DNA from: Cycas panzhihuaensis
Taxonomy: Eukaryota > Plantae > Cycadophyta
NCBI GenBank assembly: GCA_023213395.1
Contig: CM041465.1
Span: 14,818,001 to 14,882,000, forward strand
Direction of reading: 5' to 3'
DNA: 64,000 nucleotides
Under the pieces are notes generated by a model that made no database searches, was not told where the DNA came from, and saw nothing but the letters and a program-made list of their open reading frames with translations. Made by a program: the position numbers and the translations under genes. Within the stretch, counting starts at the first letter, position 1, and the number at the start of each line of letters is the position of its first letter. Shown piece after piece: positions 40,300 through 54,143 of the stretch.

Positions 40300-41854
40300 T
40301 TCTTGCTTATATGCTAGAAATAAGGTCCTCTTAGCATTAAACAATTATATAATAAGTAATATATAAGTATAAGATAGGATTCAAATTTAAAATAAGTACC
40401 TTTTTAGAGTTGTCTTGTACCTTAAACTCTTCCTTAAATTGCTCACTAATGACTATTTCCCTACTTGATACATGTGCATCATTTTCATTTCATCATATTG
40501 TTTGATAATAGGCTCCTCTTTAAGCTGTTATTGAATATGATCATTTGGTTCTTCATGTGTGTCACTTGACTTTTTATTACGTAGCTCAATAATAGTCTTC
40601 TTATTGGAATATTCCTTAATATGATTAACTAGTTCTTTCTTATTATCTTCCTGATCTTTTACTTTCTACTCATGAGCTCTCCTTTTGGCTAATGTCTCCC
40701 ACAGTATATTCTATACCTCTTAAAGACTTTTTTGGTTGTCTTTATCTTAAAATTTGTTCTTTAGTTTTATAAAGGATTCATTAGTACCATTCTTTAAGTG
40801 TTTACTTTATCATATTTTAATTCTTTTATTAAAGATTATGAGAAAATATTTGGAGAAGAGTTCTTAATCAATTAAAAATAGGCTATTATAAGCCTATTCA
40901 TGAGGTTTTCCATCTAAATATGGCAAAATGTTTAAATAAAAATTTATTTCCATTATTCAAGATGAAATTTTAAGGCATGCTTTAACCTCATCTAACCATT
41001 ATATGGGTCATATTCCTTAGCCTCTAATGAAACTAGGGATATTTGGCCCCATCATTAGACATCGACTTTAAATAATAATTATTATATTAAATTAGCTCCA
41101 AAATACATTAAATCATAGCTTCAATGATGGCCTTTAAATTGGGGTTCCAATGGTTTATACAAAATCAAATTTTGATACTTATAGTAAGAGTTATGGCCCT
41201 TTTAATGTGCGTCATAATTAGGATTTTTAGGAAATGTAATAGTACTTATTACTAAAATGCTAATAACTTTTTACTTTGAAGTTATAATCATTTAAAGTTA
41301 TAGTAATAAATTTTAGGTCTAAATAATAGTAACAAATAATAATATGAAATTAAATTCCTTATAAATTTCATAATTTTGCTCTAAAACCTATAATATAATC
41401 ATAGAAACTTTATATAATAGATCTAGTGGTCTTAAATCTATGGTTATTTTTCCTAAATTCATCTATTTACACTCCTAAAAATGTAGATCTTTGATAGGAC
41501 AAAAACAAAACTCTAATACCACTTGAAGTGATCCTAAATTAGATCTACTTCATTAAACAAAACGAAAGTTGAAATGAAAGATGGATATATAATATTACCT
41601 TGGGCACCTAATGTTAAATAAATGAGAATTAATCTAAAAATAAAAATTTACATAATAAATTAGCGGTCTCCTCTATTTATATGTGCTAATATGGCCCCCT
41701 AAAAATAATTGACTTCAATAACAATATTAATAATAAAATACTAACTTTCTAATAAAAATTAGCTTCTTATGATTTAATAGTTTGAGGATCACTATAAAAA
41801 TTAACTTCATATTAAAACAAGACTTATTATTTAACAATTTTTAGGATCACTATA
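40300..41854 (-). mobile_element. Decayed LTR element: 5' LTR 41854-41524, PBS, gag remnant
   Basis: LTR ends are a ~15-bp inverted repeat (tgaagtgatcctaaa / tttaggatcactata); PBS tggtattagagt at 41521-41510; gag-like PNIPSF..WLDEVKACL..YLDGKPHE at ~41050-40880. 3' end unresolved. Confidence 0.6.
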
Positions 41855-44800
41855 TATATTTAAATATCTTCCTTGTTGGTATCTACTAACCTATTTGATG
41901 AAGATGATAAAAGAGGCTCTCCTATTTTCTATCATTTATACAACTATTCCTAAATTTACTACTAAGAGTTAAGAAGTTACATAAATTTTTAGGACATTAT
42001 TCTTTCTTTAGTAAATATAACCACCCATTTCAATGACTTTAGTTGATCCTTCTATAATTCCAACTTAGGTATACTCACATCTAAATATTAAAGTAGTAAT
42101 AGCCCTTGCAACATTAAAGGCTAGAAAATGATTATTAACTATCTTGTATTATGGCTTGACTATAAATTCTTCTATATTTTTTAGATAAATACTTGGCCTA
42201 ATTTATATTTTTCCTTTCTGCTACTCACAATAATATAGACCTTAAATTTATAGGCAAATGCTTATTACTTTAGTAGGGAATAACTCAGGTTAAGGAAATA
42301 TGAATAATCAATCTAATCTTTCTCATTTGATGTTAGTTATAAGAATGCTTAAGGAGAAGATGTCTTCCTTTATTATGCTTAGTTGAACTACTAATACTTC
42401 CTTTTTCTTTATTAATCAATATGTTATTTTTTATATAGTTGACCATTGATAACAAGACTTGATTGTTAGCCCATGTGATTGAGGATCTTAATTATTAGTG
42501 CTAGCTATTAACCTTTGTATGTGAATTGCTTAATCCTGTCAATAGAATATATATCGTCTAATCTTGATAATGGGATTTCATAAGAGAGGCTTTCATTATC
42601 TATTTAAGTCTCTATCAAATGTAGATAGGTCATTATTATATATTTAAATCTTATGTAAAAAGCATATTATGGTACAACTTTAATATCCTTTAATTGCATG
42701 TTTTTAGTATTTTATTCTCCTCACTTATAAAAATAGTTAGTTGGATATGTTTTTATTTTAATATTTATATCTTTTGAGTACTTTAATTTAAGTATTTGTG
42801 GTAAATATTATGATAGAATCATCCTATGTGGTATCAGAGGTAAGATCTAGGTTCAAATCCCTTTAGGGATAATGTTGCTTATAGGGGCAATGGGGTGATG
42901 CATATGAATGCCATTGGTACATATGAATACGATTATAATTGGGGCCCTTGGGACACTTAAACACCAGTGAAAGCAAGGCTAGGCAAGGCCAATCCATTCA
43001 ACCTATAGAGGAGGTCATGGTCTACTTAGTAAGGAGTCATCTCTACTAATACCTCAAAGTTTTGGTGTGATAGTTCTATTTTTGCTATCTTATTTTCCTT
43101 CTATAATATCCTACTATCCATCTGTAACTAAAAGCCTAGGTTGAAATCCTATTCTAGGGTTTTAAAAATATTTATGAGAAGCTATTATTTCTAGTTAAGC
43201 ATCCATGAGAATTGCTAACATATGAAGTGAGGAAGTTTACCTATCAATACTCTAGCTTAGGCAATGCCTATATATGGAATTGAGCCTCCACACACCCTCA
43301 GGTATGTAAGAGGTCCCTTATAGGTTTTTGGTTTTTGTAACCTATAATAGGTAAATAATCATCTATCTATAACTCTGTAATACATTGGTTAGTAACTAGC
43401 ACCATGAAGCTACCCTCCATAAATACTTTAGACAAAGATAGTAAATTATGGGTATGATAACCCTCCATAGATAGTTCCTTAAGATATTTGGCTAGCATTA
43501 TTAATGACTAAGGAGTTTATTGGATGGCCTATAGACTAGATAATCTTTAAGTTAGAAGCCTATTCAAAAATTGGTTATTTAAACCTTTCTTTAATTCAAT
43601 AGACTATAAAAAAGAAAGAAAGTTATCATAGTTAAAACATTGTATATTGTAATACAACCTTTTGTTGTAACTGCAAAGTTTTCTATCATAATAGTAGTAG
43701 TTTTTAATTAAAAAAAAAGAAAAAGAAAAAATGTCTATTGGGTAACTTCTACAAATATTATTTTTTTGCAAATAAAATCTTTACCAGAGGGCTGTACATA
43801 AAAAAAATATGTACAACTTTAATTTTTCTGTTAATTTTCATTTACCTCATTTTAACAAGCAAATGACACTTATTAGTTTTTTACTAGGGAAGTTTTAACC
43901 CTCATTTTTGAGGAAAAATTAGCATACAGGTACCTTGTGGGGTCTATAGTTGAATTTTCACATATAATTTCATGTATATCATTTTCATAAGCACATCATA
44001 CTTGTCTTAGTATACTAAGTGAAATTATTATAGACTTTTGGGGATCAACATGGTATAAATACCCTCCTTCCCCAACCCTTTAACATCATTTCCTAATTCT
44101 TTAGTCCTATTCTATTAATCTAATCCCCCTTTTCTTTAAAAATCCCATATTAATTCCATTCTCTTTGAATCCCTTTCTTTAATCTCTCATTAGTAATTTA
44201 TATCTATTTATATAATGAGTCCTACTCAAGTATATTAATTCTCAACATTTGAGACTTAATATAATACTTTGAGTGATAATATCACTAAGCTATTCGATAA
44301 GCTAGCAAATGAGATCGAGAAGTTGTTTACATAGATATCTAATATGCAGATAAGCTAGCAAATGAGATCGAAAAATTATTTACATAGATATCTAATATGC
44401 CATCCTCCTTAAACTTAACTAACAACTCACCTCTACCTCCACCTCCTCTATCCACATCCTTATTATGCTAGTAACCATTCCACCACTAAATCACAATACT
44501 AATATTTGACTTAGATCTTAATAGGGATATCGTAAGAAGTTGGATTAATAAGCTGAAATTATACTTCTCTCAATCATATGTCTCCCAATAATAAATTAAT
44601 CTTTACCTCTATTTATCTTGAAGGCAAGGCATATCATTGGTTCTATTGGTGGTAGTGATAGAAGTTAATAAATCAAACATAGATCTTATTTTATGAGAAT
44701 TTCTTTAAGTAGTATGAAATTACATGAAATCAATCTTTCTTTTGTCAACTTACTTGTCTTAAATAAAGAACATCTATTAGAGCATTTACTAAAGAATTCC

Positions 44801-45660
44801 AAGCATTATAAAAGTAAGTCTCTCAATCTCTTGATCGATAAACATTTATTAATGTATATGTATTTAGACTTAAAGAGTGCATCTAAATACCGCTTAAGGT
44901 AGTCCCTCTAATAAATCTAAGAGAAGCCATATCCATAGTAAAGGTATTGAGGCTAAAATTATAGTAGAATGACCAATTATTTTTTGATGTGACTCTACTT
45001 GGTACTAACATCCTCAATCGATAGACTAATAATGTTAATGTTCATACTTAGTTAAGTCATAATGCTTGATACCAAAGCCCTTTTTAAACCCCTTGAATAT
45101 ACTAAACATTTAAAGCAAACTAGCATAGAGAGGGTGGCCTTTACATTTGATGCTCATAGAAGTGGAGCCTTAGTCATGGTAGAGTATGCAAAGCTAGATG
45201 GATGGTCTTTTTTACTAATCTTGATATTTCTTTAGAATAAGATTTAGATATAGAGCATGAGCTTGATGAAGAACCATCCTGAGAACCTTCCATAAACCCT
45301 AAACTAAAAGTCTCTTTATTTGCCATTTCCCCTACATCTTACCCTAAACCACTTCGAGTCAAGGGTATACTCTGAAAAGCACCCTATTTCCATTCTAATT
45401 GATAATGCCATGTCACTAAATTTTATTTATATATCCATGGGTAGACAACTCAACTTATATATTATCCCTAAAACTACATTCACTTATGCCCTACCAAGAT
45501 ACCATACTTTCTACTATGTAGGGATGACAAAAAAGACTTATATATTCAGATTGGTACTTACTACTTAGTCTCAAATTTTTATGCTTTGTCAATAGTAGTG
45601 CCAAATACTATTTTTAGTGTCTAGTAGTTCAAAAATCTTCATACTTGTAGCATAAATAAC

Positions 45661-48600
45661 TGAAAGAGGTTAATGTATCAAGGTCATTTGTGTAGATTAA
45701 TTATGTGACCTTAGGATATATTGTTAGCATTAACCTCTTAATGAAATGTACTTTATATGCATTTAGATGTAATTTTAGGTTCATGTCATTAGCCAGGAAA
45801 ATCCTAACCCTAATGCTCACCCTCATTAATAAAAGGTGAAATCTCAAGGAGGGAGTCAATTATTCATTCTCACCTCCACGCTTGCTCTCATATCTTGTTT
45901 CATCTTCTTTTTCATTCTCCATTACCATTATGTGTATGTGAGTGATTTATCTCCTAGATCCATCCTTCCTTCATGTGGTATCAGAGCTAGAAGGGGATCT
46001 ATTCACTCCATTCCACTTGCATGGAGTCATTTTGCCTCTCTTTCACCTTCAATGTGAAGTATTGAGAGTACATTCATTTTTTTTAACATTTTGAGAGCAT
46101 AAAATTATAGTATTTTACATGTTTCTACTTTGTACATGTGTGAAGAAATTCAGAGGTGAAGAATACAGGTTTTTGAAGTTGTTCAGTTGCCAGAATAGTC
46201 CCAGAAGCATTAAAGGCTAAAATTTTCATAAAAAATTCAACCATCTCAAAATTTGATGAAATTTGGCACGATAGGTAGCCTTCACTAGAGGATCATTTTT
46301 GTCTTCTAAAGAAACTTCAGATTCAGCCTGAAACAGTGAGTTTTGGCTATGACAAAAAGGGTAAATTTTGTAGATAAGTGATTTAAAACATTTTTCCTAA
46401 TGAAATCCTTCAATTATAAGCTGAAGATCTGAAAGTTTTATTAAGGGATCTAGTACATTTATGTCTTAAAATCATTTAAAGATAAATCTCATCAAATTTC
46501 ATCCACTGGTTAGTGAGATCTATGTAGTTTTCTCATGGTTGCTGATTTTGCCTACTCAACTCCATAAAGGACCTTACAAGGTCATTTCGGGCAAGTTTTT
46601 GGCAGATTTTGTAGATGGTGTAGAAGGAAAATTTAATGTACATGTCAAAACATAACTTTTGACATATTGAAGTCCAAATTTTGAGACAGTTGGTCTGGCA
46701 TGATTTTACTTTGGTGCTTTTTCGGGCAGAAAAGTTTTTATGCCTTTTCTAAAATCTGAATTAAAGAATCTATTAGAAACGACATTATGAACACTTTTTC
46801 CTTCTGCCATAAATTTAGATTTCATCATTTAGGTCTTCATATTTGTAATTTCTAAAAATTTGTCCATTTATCATTATTTATAAATTTTGTGAAAAAATCA
46901 GAAATAGGGCAAAATAACATGCATATAGATTTAGAAAAATCATCATTTTAGTAACAAGTTGATCTGCTTTTTATCCCATTATGGCTTTTGTATCAAAACT
47001 TCCAAAATCATATTTGGAAACATTGTATAAAGTAAGGGAAATCTTGGATCAGAAGTAACATTCGGTTCCCCTACTAAATCTAGCATGCTTTTCTATTTAC
47101 ACACATAGCATAAAGCATCACAAAAGCAACAATAACAATAAATCATCACAAAAGCAGCAACAACAATAAAGCATCACAAAAGTAATAACAATAATAAAGC
47201 AAGCAAGCACATTTGGCAAGTTTCTATTTCAGTTTTCAGTTATACGGAAATATCTTATACTATTCCTAAAAGGAATCTCATCCGTACGATCTATACCGCC
47301 AGTTCTTGACTTGTGTACACACTCGCCTTGGTTGAAATAGACCAAAGTTGGCTAAAGTCTAAGCCCTAAGGGAGGTGTGAGTTTCATACTAGTCCAGTCT
47401 TAACTGAGCGGTGGTGGAGGGACAGGTTAGCCATACCTACGGCCTCCAATCTGGGATAATCCTGATAACCACATGGGAAAACTGAAAACCTTAATACAAG
47501 ATTAAAATTAACCTAGTCCAATAGCCATGGGATATGCAGTACTGTTTGACTCTTTAGAGGAGGTATATAGCTGCTCATTGGTGAACTGGGTGAGGACTGG
47601 GAGTACCTAGGCTCCAATGTGACTTGGATTTCATCACCAAGCGCATGTGCGGGTATGGCGGGTGAAGGCCCTAATTGTATACTAGAAGCCTTAAGTATCG
47701 AAACCTCACCTACATTTGGATATAAGTGAGAGGTTATTGGCATGACACATCACCACTCTTTGCCAACTCTACATTAGGCCTCATTCTTGCATTATTACTT
47801 ATATTTATTTTTTAATATAATTGTTGAAAAATAGTTAATCATTGCTTGCTTCTCATCATAATAATCATTTCTATATCCCTACTATGCTAGGTGTACTAGC
47901 CACACGTGTCAGTGGCACATACTTCTATCATCTCTTCTACTTCTTTATCATCACCATGTCATCTCAATTCAAGCAAAATATTAACTGCATATTGAAAGGC
48001 AAAGAAAATTGGGATATATGGTACACTGGAATTAAAAATGCTGTAAAGTATGAAGGCCTTTGGAGAGCCCACTTGCAGCCTACACCCAACACACTAACAA
48101 TAACTACAATAGTTGCTTCTAGTGGATCCGCCCCAACAGCTCCTACAGATGCTGCAACTAAACTACAATGGGAGATAGATGATGAAAAGATTCATGCAAA
48201 AATTTTGTTGGTCATTGATCACTCCTTGCACAACTTGCTAAACGAAGAGGAACATGATACAGCCTAGAAGGTCCTAGAAGTTCTCAGAAAGAACTTTGAT
48301 ACAAAGTTAGATTTAGAATTTGTTCATCTTGTTTTGAAAATAAACAAATTAAAAATACAGAAGGGACGAGCTCATGAGATAATAAATCTCCTTTGACCAA
48401 TCAAATAGGCAATTGATAAAGATATTAAGACCCAATCCATCACTTAGGCATTTTTGATCCAGTCATGTTTACATGTCCCTGATTATAAAAACTTGCTTGG
48501 AAGTCTTCAATCTAGTGGAATATTGAAGACACTCAACTTTGAAGCACTTATCGAGAAGTTTATAGAATTTGACAAGACCTTTGATACAAACTTTATAGCC

Positions 48601-51600
48601 TATGAATCTCTTCCAGATGTAGCCTTTGAGGTAGAAGAAGAAGTTTCCTACACAAAAAATCAAGGTCCCTCTCATGGCAGAGGAAATAACCGAGCAAGAG
48701 GAAGAGGAAGAAATATAGAAAATTGTCCACAAGGTCAATCAAACCCTCAATCACAACCTCGACAGTTTCAAGGCTAAGGGCCACCTCAACAAAGAGCAAG
48801 ACAATCAGGCCAAACCAATACTTCTTCTGGGACTAGTAATTAAACCATTATGTATGATCGGTGTAACTGTAAAGGACACTTAGTAAAAGATTGCAGATCT
48901 ATTACTTATAAGTTGGCCAAGTTCCAACTAAAACATGGAGCTCACAATGTTGAAGAAACTTGTGAAGAATCCTTTAGTGGTGCAAGTTTTGTACGAGCAC
49001 ACATTCAAAGAATTGAGGGATCTTCAGCATCAAATACCATTGACCAACCAAAGAGATAGTTTGAAGCTCAGTGTGGATATATCACTTGTGAATTCCCTTC
49101 ACCAATGCTAAGCCCTATTGGAATTGCCAATAGTGTGGCTTTAATCGATGGACAGTGGATCATGGATACAGGAGTAACTCAACGTATGACATGCAATCGT
49201 AGTCTATATCAAACATTTGACTCAAATGTTCATGGAGTTATTCACATGGCTGATAAATCACAATAACTTGTTAAAGGAATTGGCGACATTCACCTGAAAC
49301 TCCCAAGCTTAGAAGATTTTACATTGTTTGATGTCTTATACATACCCAATCTCAAATAAAACCTACTATCTTTATCCACACTTATTTCTCGTGGATTTGA
49401 TCTGAGTATAACTACAAATGACCAGACTCTTAAGGTCATTTACCCTCTAACTAATCAGGTGGTTTTGACTGGACATCTCTCTGGAAAACTCTTTTGACTG
49501 AATGGCTCTCCATCTTCTGAAGCCCATTGTGCCCAAAGCCCTTATGCTGATGAAGAATTTGCATTTAATTCCATCTTGACCCATCAAACGTTGTCACCAG
49601 AAGCTCTTTGGCATGCTCGTATAGGCCATGTTCACATTGATAGACTTAGAGATCTTTCTAATACTCTTTCAAACCTTCCAAAGTTTTCTTCTAAGCCCTT
49701 TAAATGTGAAGCTTGTATCATTGCCAAATCTCATCGACAACCCTTTCCCAAAAGTTAGTGGAAATCGAGCCATCCATTACAATTAATACAATCTAATTTG
49801 TGCGGGCCAATGCCCATTCCTTCAGTAAAGGGGATTTGTACGGGCCAATGCCCATTCCTTCACTAAAGGGTAAGCTATATTACATCTCTTTCATTGATGA
49901 TTTTACTAGAAAAGTATGGGTAGCTTTTCTACACAAGAAAGATGAAACATTCCGTATATTTAAGGAATTCAAAGTCCTCACTGAAAAAGAGTCAAGTTAT
50001 CAACTTAAATGTTTTCAAACTGATAATGGTGGCGAATATACCTCATATGAGTTTGAAAGCTACCTTCGAGACAATGGCATCAAGCATCAAACAATAATAG
50101 CAGGTACCCCACAACAAAATGGAGTTGTCGAGTGCATGAATAGGACAATCATGAACATGGCTAATGCTATGTTAATATATAAAAATGTACCTGCCTATCT
50201 ATGGGCTGAAGCAATCTAGACAACCATTTATTATATCAATGCTGTTAGCCCATTAAAGGAAGTACAATCATCTAATGAAAAGTGGTCAGGACAAGCCCCC
50301 ATTGTTCACTACTTTAGAATTTTTGGCTTTACATGCTATGCCCATATTCTCGATGCAGATCAAAATAAACTCCAGCCAAGGGCACTTAAAGGTATCTTTG
50401 TTGGATACCCTATGGATAAGAAAGGGTATAAGGTCTTTATACCTTCACCATGAAAAATCATCGTTACCAAAGATGTCATTTTTGCGGAGACAGAGGATCA
50501 GTTACTTAAATTAGACTCCATAGTACCCTCACACCACTACAATAATGTTATTAAGTATGACATTCAGATTCCAAAATTTGGGGGGGGGGGACAGACATAA
50601 ATTACTCCAAATATTGGAAGTTGACAATAGAGCCTTGGAGGATACAAGTTGTGACTCTGAACAAATGAGTGCACATCCAGCACCATCTTTTGAAGATAAC
50701 AGAGTTGATAAAGACAAATCCATTATAGAAGAACCATCCTCTCCACCTTCAGTTGACAAAGACAAAATAGTGGTAGAAGGACCATCTTCCTCAGGTACAT
50801 CAACATCCTCCTCACAAAATAATCATTTTAACGAACATAATAAGAACCAAGAAGTTAGGAAAATAAGGACATCATTCCCAACTCGAGGATCTTGAGAAGC
50901 CCGCCAACTCAATAAGGATATACGACCAGATTAGGTGGGCAAAACTGGCACTCAAAGTGCCCATAGAGCAAAGACATAGGAATTATTATATACTAAGCTT
51001 GAACCAACAGAATTGCACCTTACTCTTAATGAAGAGCCCTTAACGTACCACGAAGCTATAAAGCATATAGCCTAGAGAAATGCTATGAATGAAGAGTACC
51101 AATCTCTTATCAAGAATGGTACATGGGAGCTTGTTAATCTACCACTTGGCAGAAAGGTAGTTCAAAATAAATGGGTGTTAAAAAACAAATATAGATCAGA
51201 CGGCAGCCTTGAAAAACACAAGGCGAGGTTGGTAGCTAAAGGATTTACACAAAGGGAAGGCATTGACTACACTGAAGTCTTTGCACCTATAACCAAGTGG
51301 CCTACAATTAGAACTCTTGTGGCCTTGGCTGCTCAACAGGGTTGGAAAATCCACCAACTCGATATTAAGGTTGCATTTCTCAATAGAGATCTTGAAGAAG
51401 ATATTTACATGGCTTAACTAGAAGGATATGAGATCGAAGGTCAAGAGCATAAGGTTTGTAGGCTCAGAAAGTCCTTATATGACCTTAAACAAGCCCCTTG
51501 CGCTTGGTTTGCCAAGTTGTCTAAAATGATGAGGCAACTTGGATACAAGGTTTGTGACTATCAAGATATTGATGCAACGTTGTTCATCAAGCGCCATAAG

Positions 51601-53338
51601 AATAAAGTCACTTATCTCATAATCTTTGTGAATGACATGCTAGTAATGGGTAATAGTGAACAGGCAATAAGCCAGCTGAAAAAGGACCTTAGCAAAACGT
51701 TTGAATTGTCTGACCTCGGTTTGATGAAATATTACTTAGGATTTGAAGTAACATAAAATAATGAAAAAATTTTCCTCTCCCAAGAAAAATACATCAACGA
51801 TCTTCTAACCAAGTTTCAGTTAGAAGATGCTCGACCAGTGATGTTACCTATGGATCCTAATGCCAAACTCTCAACTGAAGGTGACATTAGGGAGGTAGAT
51901 GCAACACTCTATAGGAAACTTGTAGGTAGTCTCATCTACACTACCAATACAAGGCCAGATATTATACACTCTGTCAGCATTCTTGCTTGTTATATGACAA
52001 ATCCTAAGCAGAATCATTGACAGGCAGTAGTGCGAGTGTTGAAATACCTTAAGACAACTAGCAAATATAGTCTGTTGTATGAACCTAATTTAGACTTCAA
52101 GCTTTCTGTATACATAGACTCAGATTTTGTAGGAGATAAAGATATGGGAAGATCTACGTCTGGGTATGTAACGTTTCTTAGAATAGCACCAATATCATAG
52201 AGATCCAGATGGCAGAAGATAGTTATAGATTCAACTTCTGAAGCTAAATACACTACTACTTTTGAGACCAGTAAAGAGGTGATATGGCTGAGAAAATTAT
52301 TAGAAACATTGAATATCACCCAAACAAGTCCTACGAGTCTTCATATGGATAATCAATCAGCAATCTACATGGCAAAAAATCTTGTATTTCATGATCATAC
52401 CAAACACATAAGTACGAAGGTCCACAGGATTAGGGAACTTATTCATGACGGCATAATTCAATTAGATTACTGTCCCACAACAGATCAAGTGGCCGATATC
52501 TTCACCAAACCACTGCAAAGTGTGAAGTGGGAACAATTCTGAAGGTAGCTCAGCCTTAGGGCCTCCATCTTCGATTGATCAAAGAAGATGGCAACATGAT
52601 CATCATACTCTATTCTCTTTATGAAAACCCCTTGTAGGCACGGAAGAATAAGAGTAAGTCTATGCTCTATCCTCTTTGTGAAAACCCCATGTGGGCACGA
52701 AAGAATAAGGGTTGTACTTGTTTTGGAAAATCAGAACCTGTGAAAACCCAAAAGGGCATAGGGAATGACCAAATAGTATATGGAGACTTAGCAGATTAAG
52801 CTGCACATTTAAGTCGCTTGACTATCAGGTTACATCAAAGAGCCACCTTAGCCATTTTGATTTATAAAAGGGGCTATAGATCTTAGAAAGTTCATGGGTT
52901 TTTATTTCCCATGAGGGTTTTCCCACAAAAGTGTCATTTAGAATTTCAATGTAATAATGAGGCTCAAATGAAGACCTTATAGAATGGATTTTCTGAAAAT
53001 GACCTTCCACCATTAAGGGGGGGATTGAAAGAGGTTAATGTATCAAGTTCATTTGCGTAGATTAATTATGTGACCTTAGGATATATTGTTAGCATTAGTC
53101 TATTAATGAAATGTACTTTATGTGCATTTATATGTAATCTCGGGTTCATGTCATTAGGCGGGAAAATCCTAATCCTAATGCTCACCCTCATTAATAAAAG
53201 GTAAAATCTCAAGGAGGAAGTCAATTATTCATTCTCACCTCCAAGCTTGCTCTCATATATTGTTCAATCTTCTTTTTCATTCTCCATTGCCATTGTGTGC
53301 ATGTGAGTGATTTATCTCCTAGATCTATCCTTCCTTCA
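45661..53338 (+). mobile_element. Ty1/Copia B2, full-length, moderately decayed
   Basis: 313-bp LTRs 45661-45973 and 53026-53338 (TG...CA); PBS tggtatcagagc 45976-45987; gag with CCHC (CNCKGHLVKDC); PR (WIMDTG); GAG-pre (WHARIGH); INT (FIDDFTR, TDNGGEY, QQNGVVE); RT; RNase H; PPT ttaagggggggat. Flanked by a 57-bp duplication. Confidence 0.95.
47111..47200. repeat. 28-bp tandem repeat x3 in the Copia B2 leader
   Basis: taaagcatcacaaaagcaacaataacaa units at 47111, 47139 and 47167. Confidence 0.8.
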
Positions 53339-54143
53339 AATACTATTTTTAGTGTCTAGTAGATCAAAAATCTTGATACTTATAGCATAAATAACTTGCC
53401 TATAAATCCCTTCATATTGTTTAAAGACAATCTTGGTTAAACACACAAGCTCCATGGTATTTAAACTCCTCCTAATAAACTTGTTTCTCTAAACCATATA
53501 CATAAGTAACTGAATAATAATATTGGGTATATAACTTATATTAATAATATTGAAGCCTAGACTATAACCCACCTGAATATCCAATGCCTTCTCACCTGAT
53601 ATCAATCTATCTTTAGTCCCCTTCCTACTAACCCCCCTTAATGCCCCCTCTACCATCCCCCTCCCCCACCCCCCCACCCTAAATCATGGCTTTCACCATA
53701 TAATTGAGCTATAAACCCCTCATAACCCTATTAATATCAAACCCTATTGTAACTTATATTTCTAAAAGAATGCAATTAAAAAAAATGACTACTAAGCTCA
53801 TGGAAATGGGTATTATTCAACCTAACAAAAGTGCCTATGTTGCCTCCATTATCCTTATTTAGAGAAAGAAAGGCTTCTTATGACTATGTATGAACTATTG
53901 ATAACTCAATACGATTATAATAAAAAATAAATTTTAACCCCTAGGATTAATGACATATAGGATAAAATCCATGATTCTATAATATTCTCTAAACTAGGCC
54001 TTTATTCGAGGTATTGCCAAATCCCCATTACCCTTGAAGATTGTTATAAAACCATCTCGCATGCACACCATAGTCAATTTAAAATTTAGGTCATTCCCTA
54101 GCCATATTTTAGACTCTAATGAATAAAATATTTACATCCTACT

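Noticed and set aside
21806-54140. Giant palindrome/inverted segmental duplication (B1+D1 vs D2+B2)
   Set aside because: B1 and B2 sit in different target sequences and the D copies carry different nested insertions, so these are independent insertions in opposite orientation.
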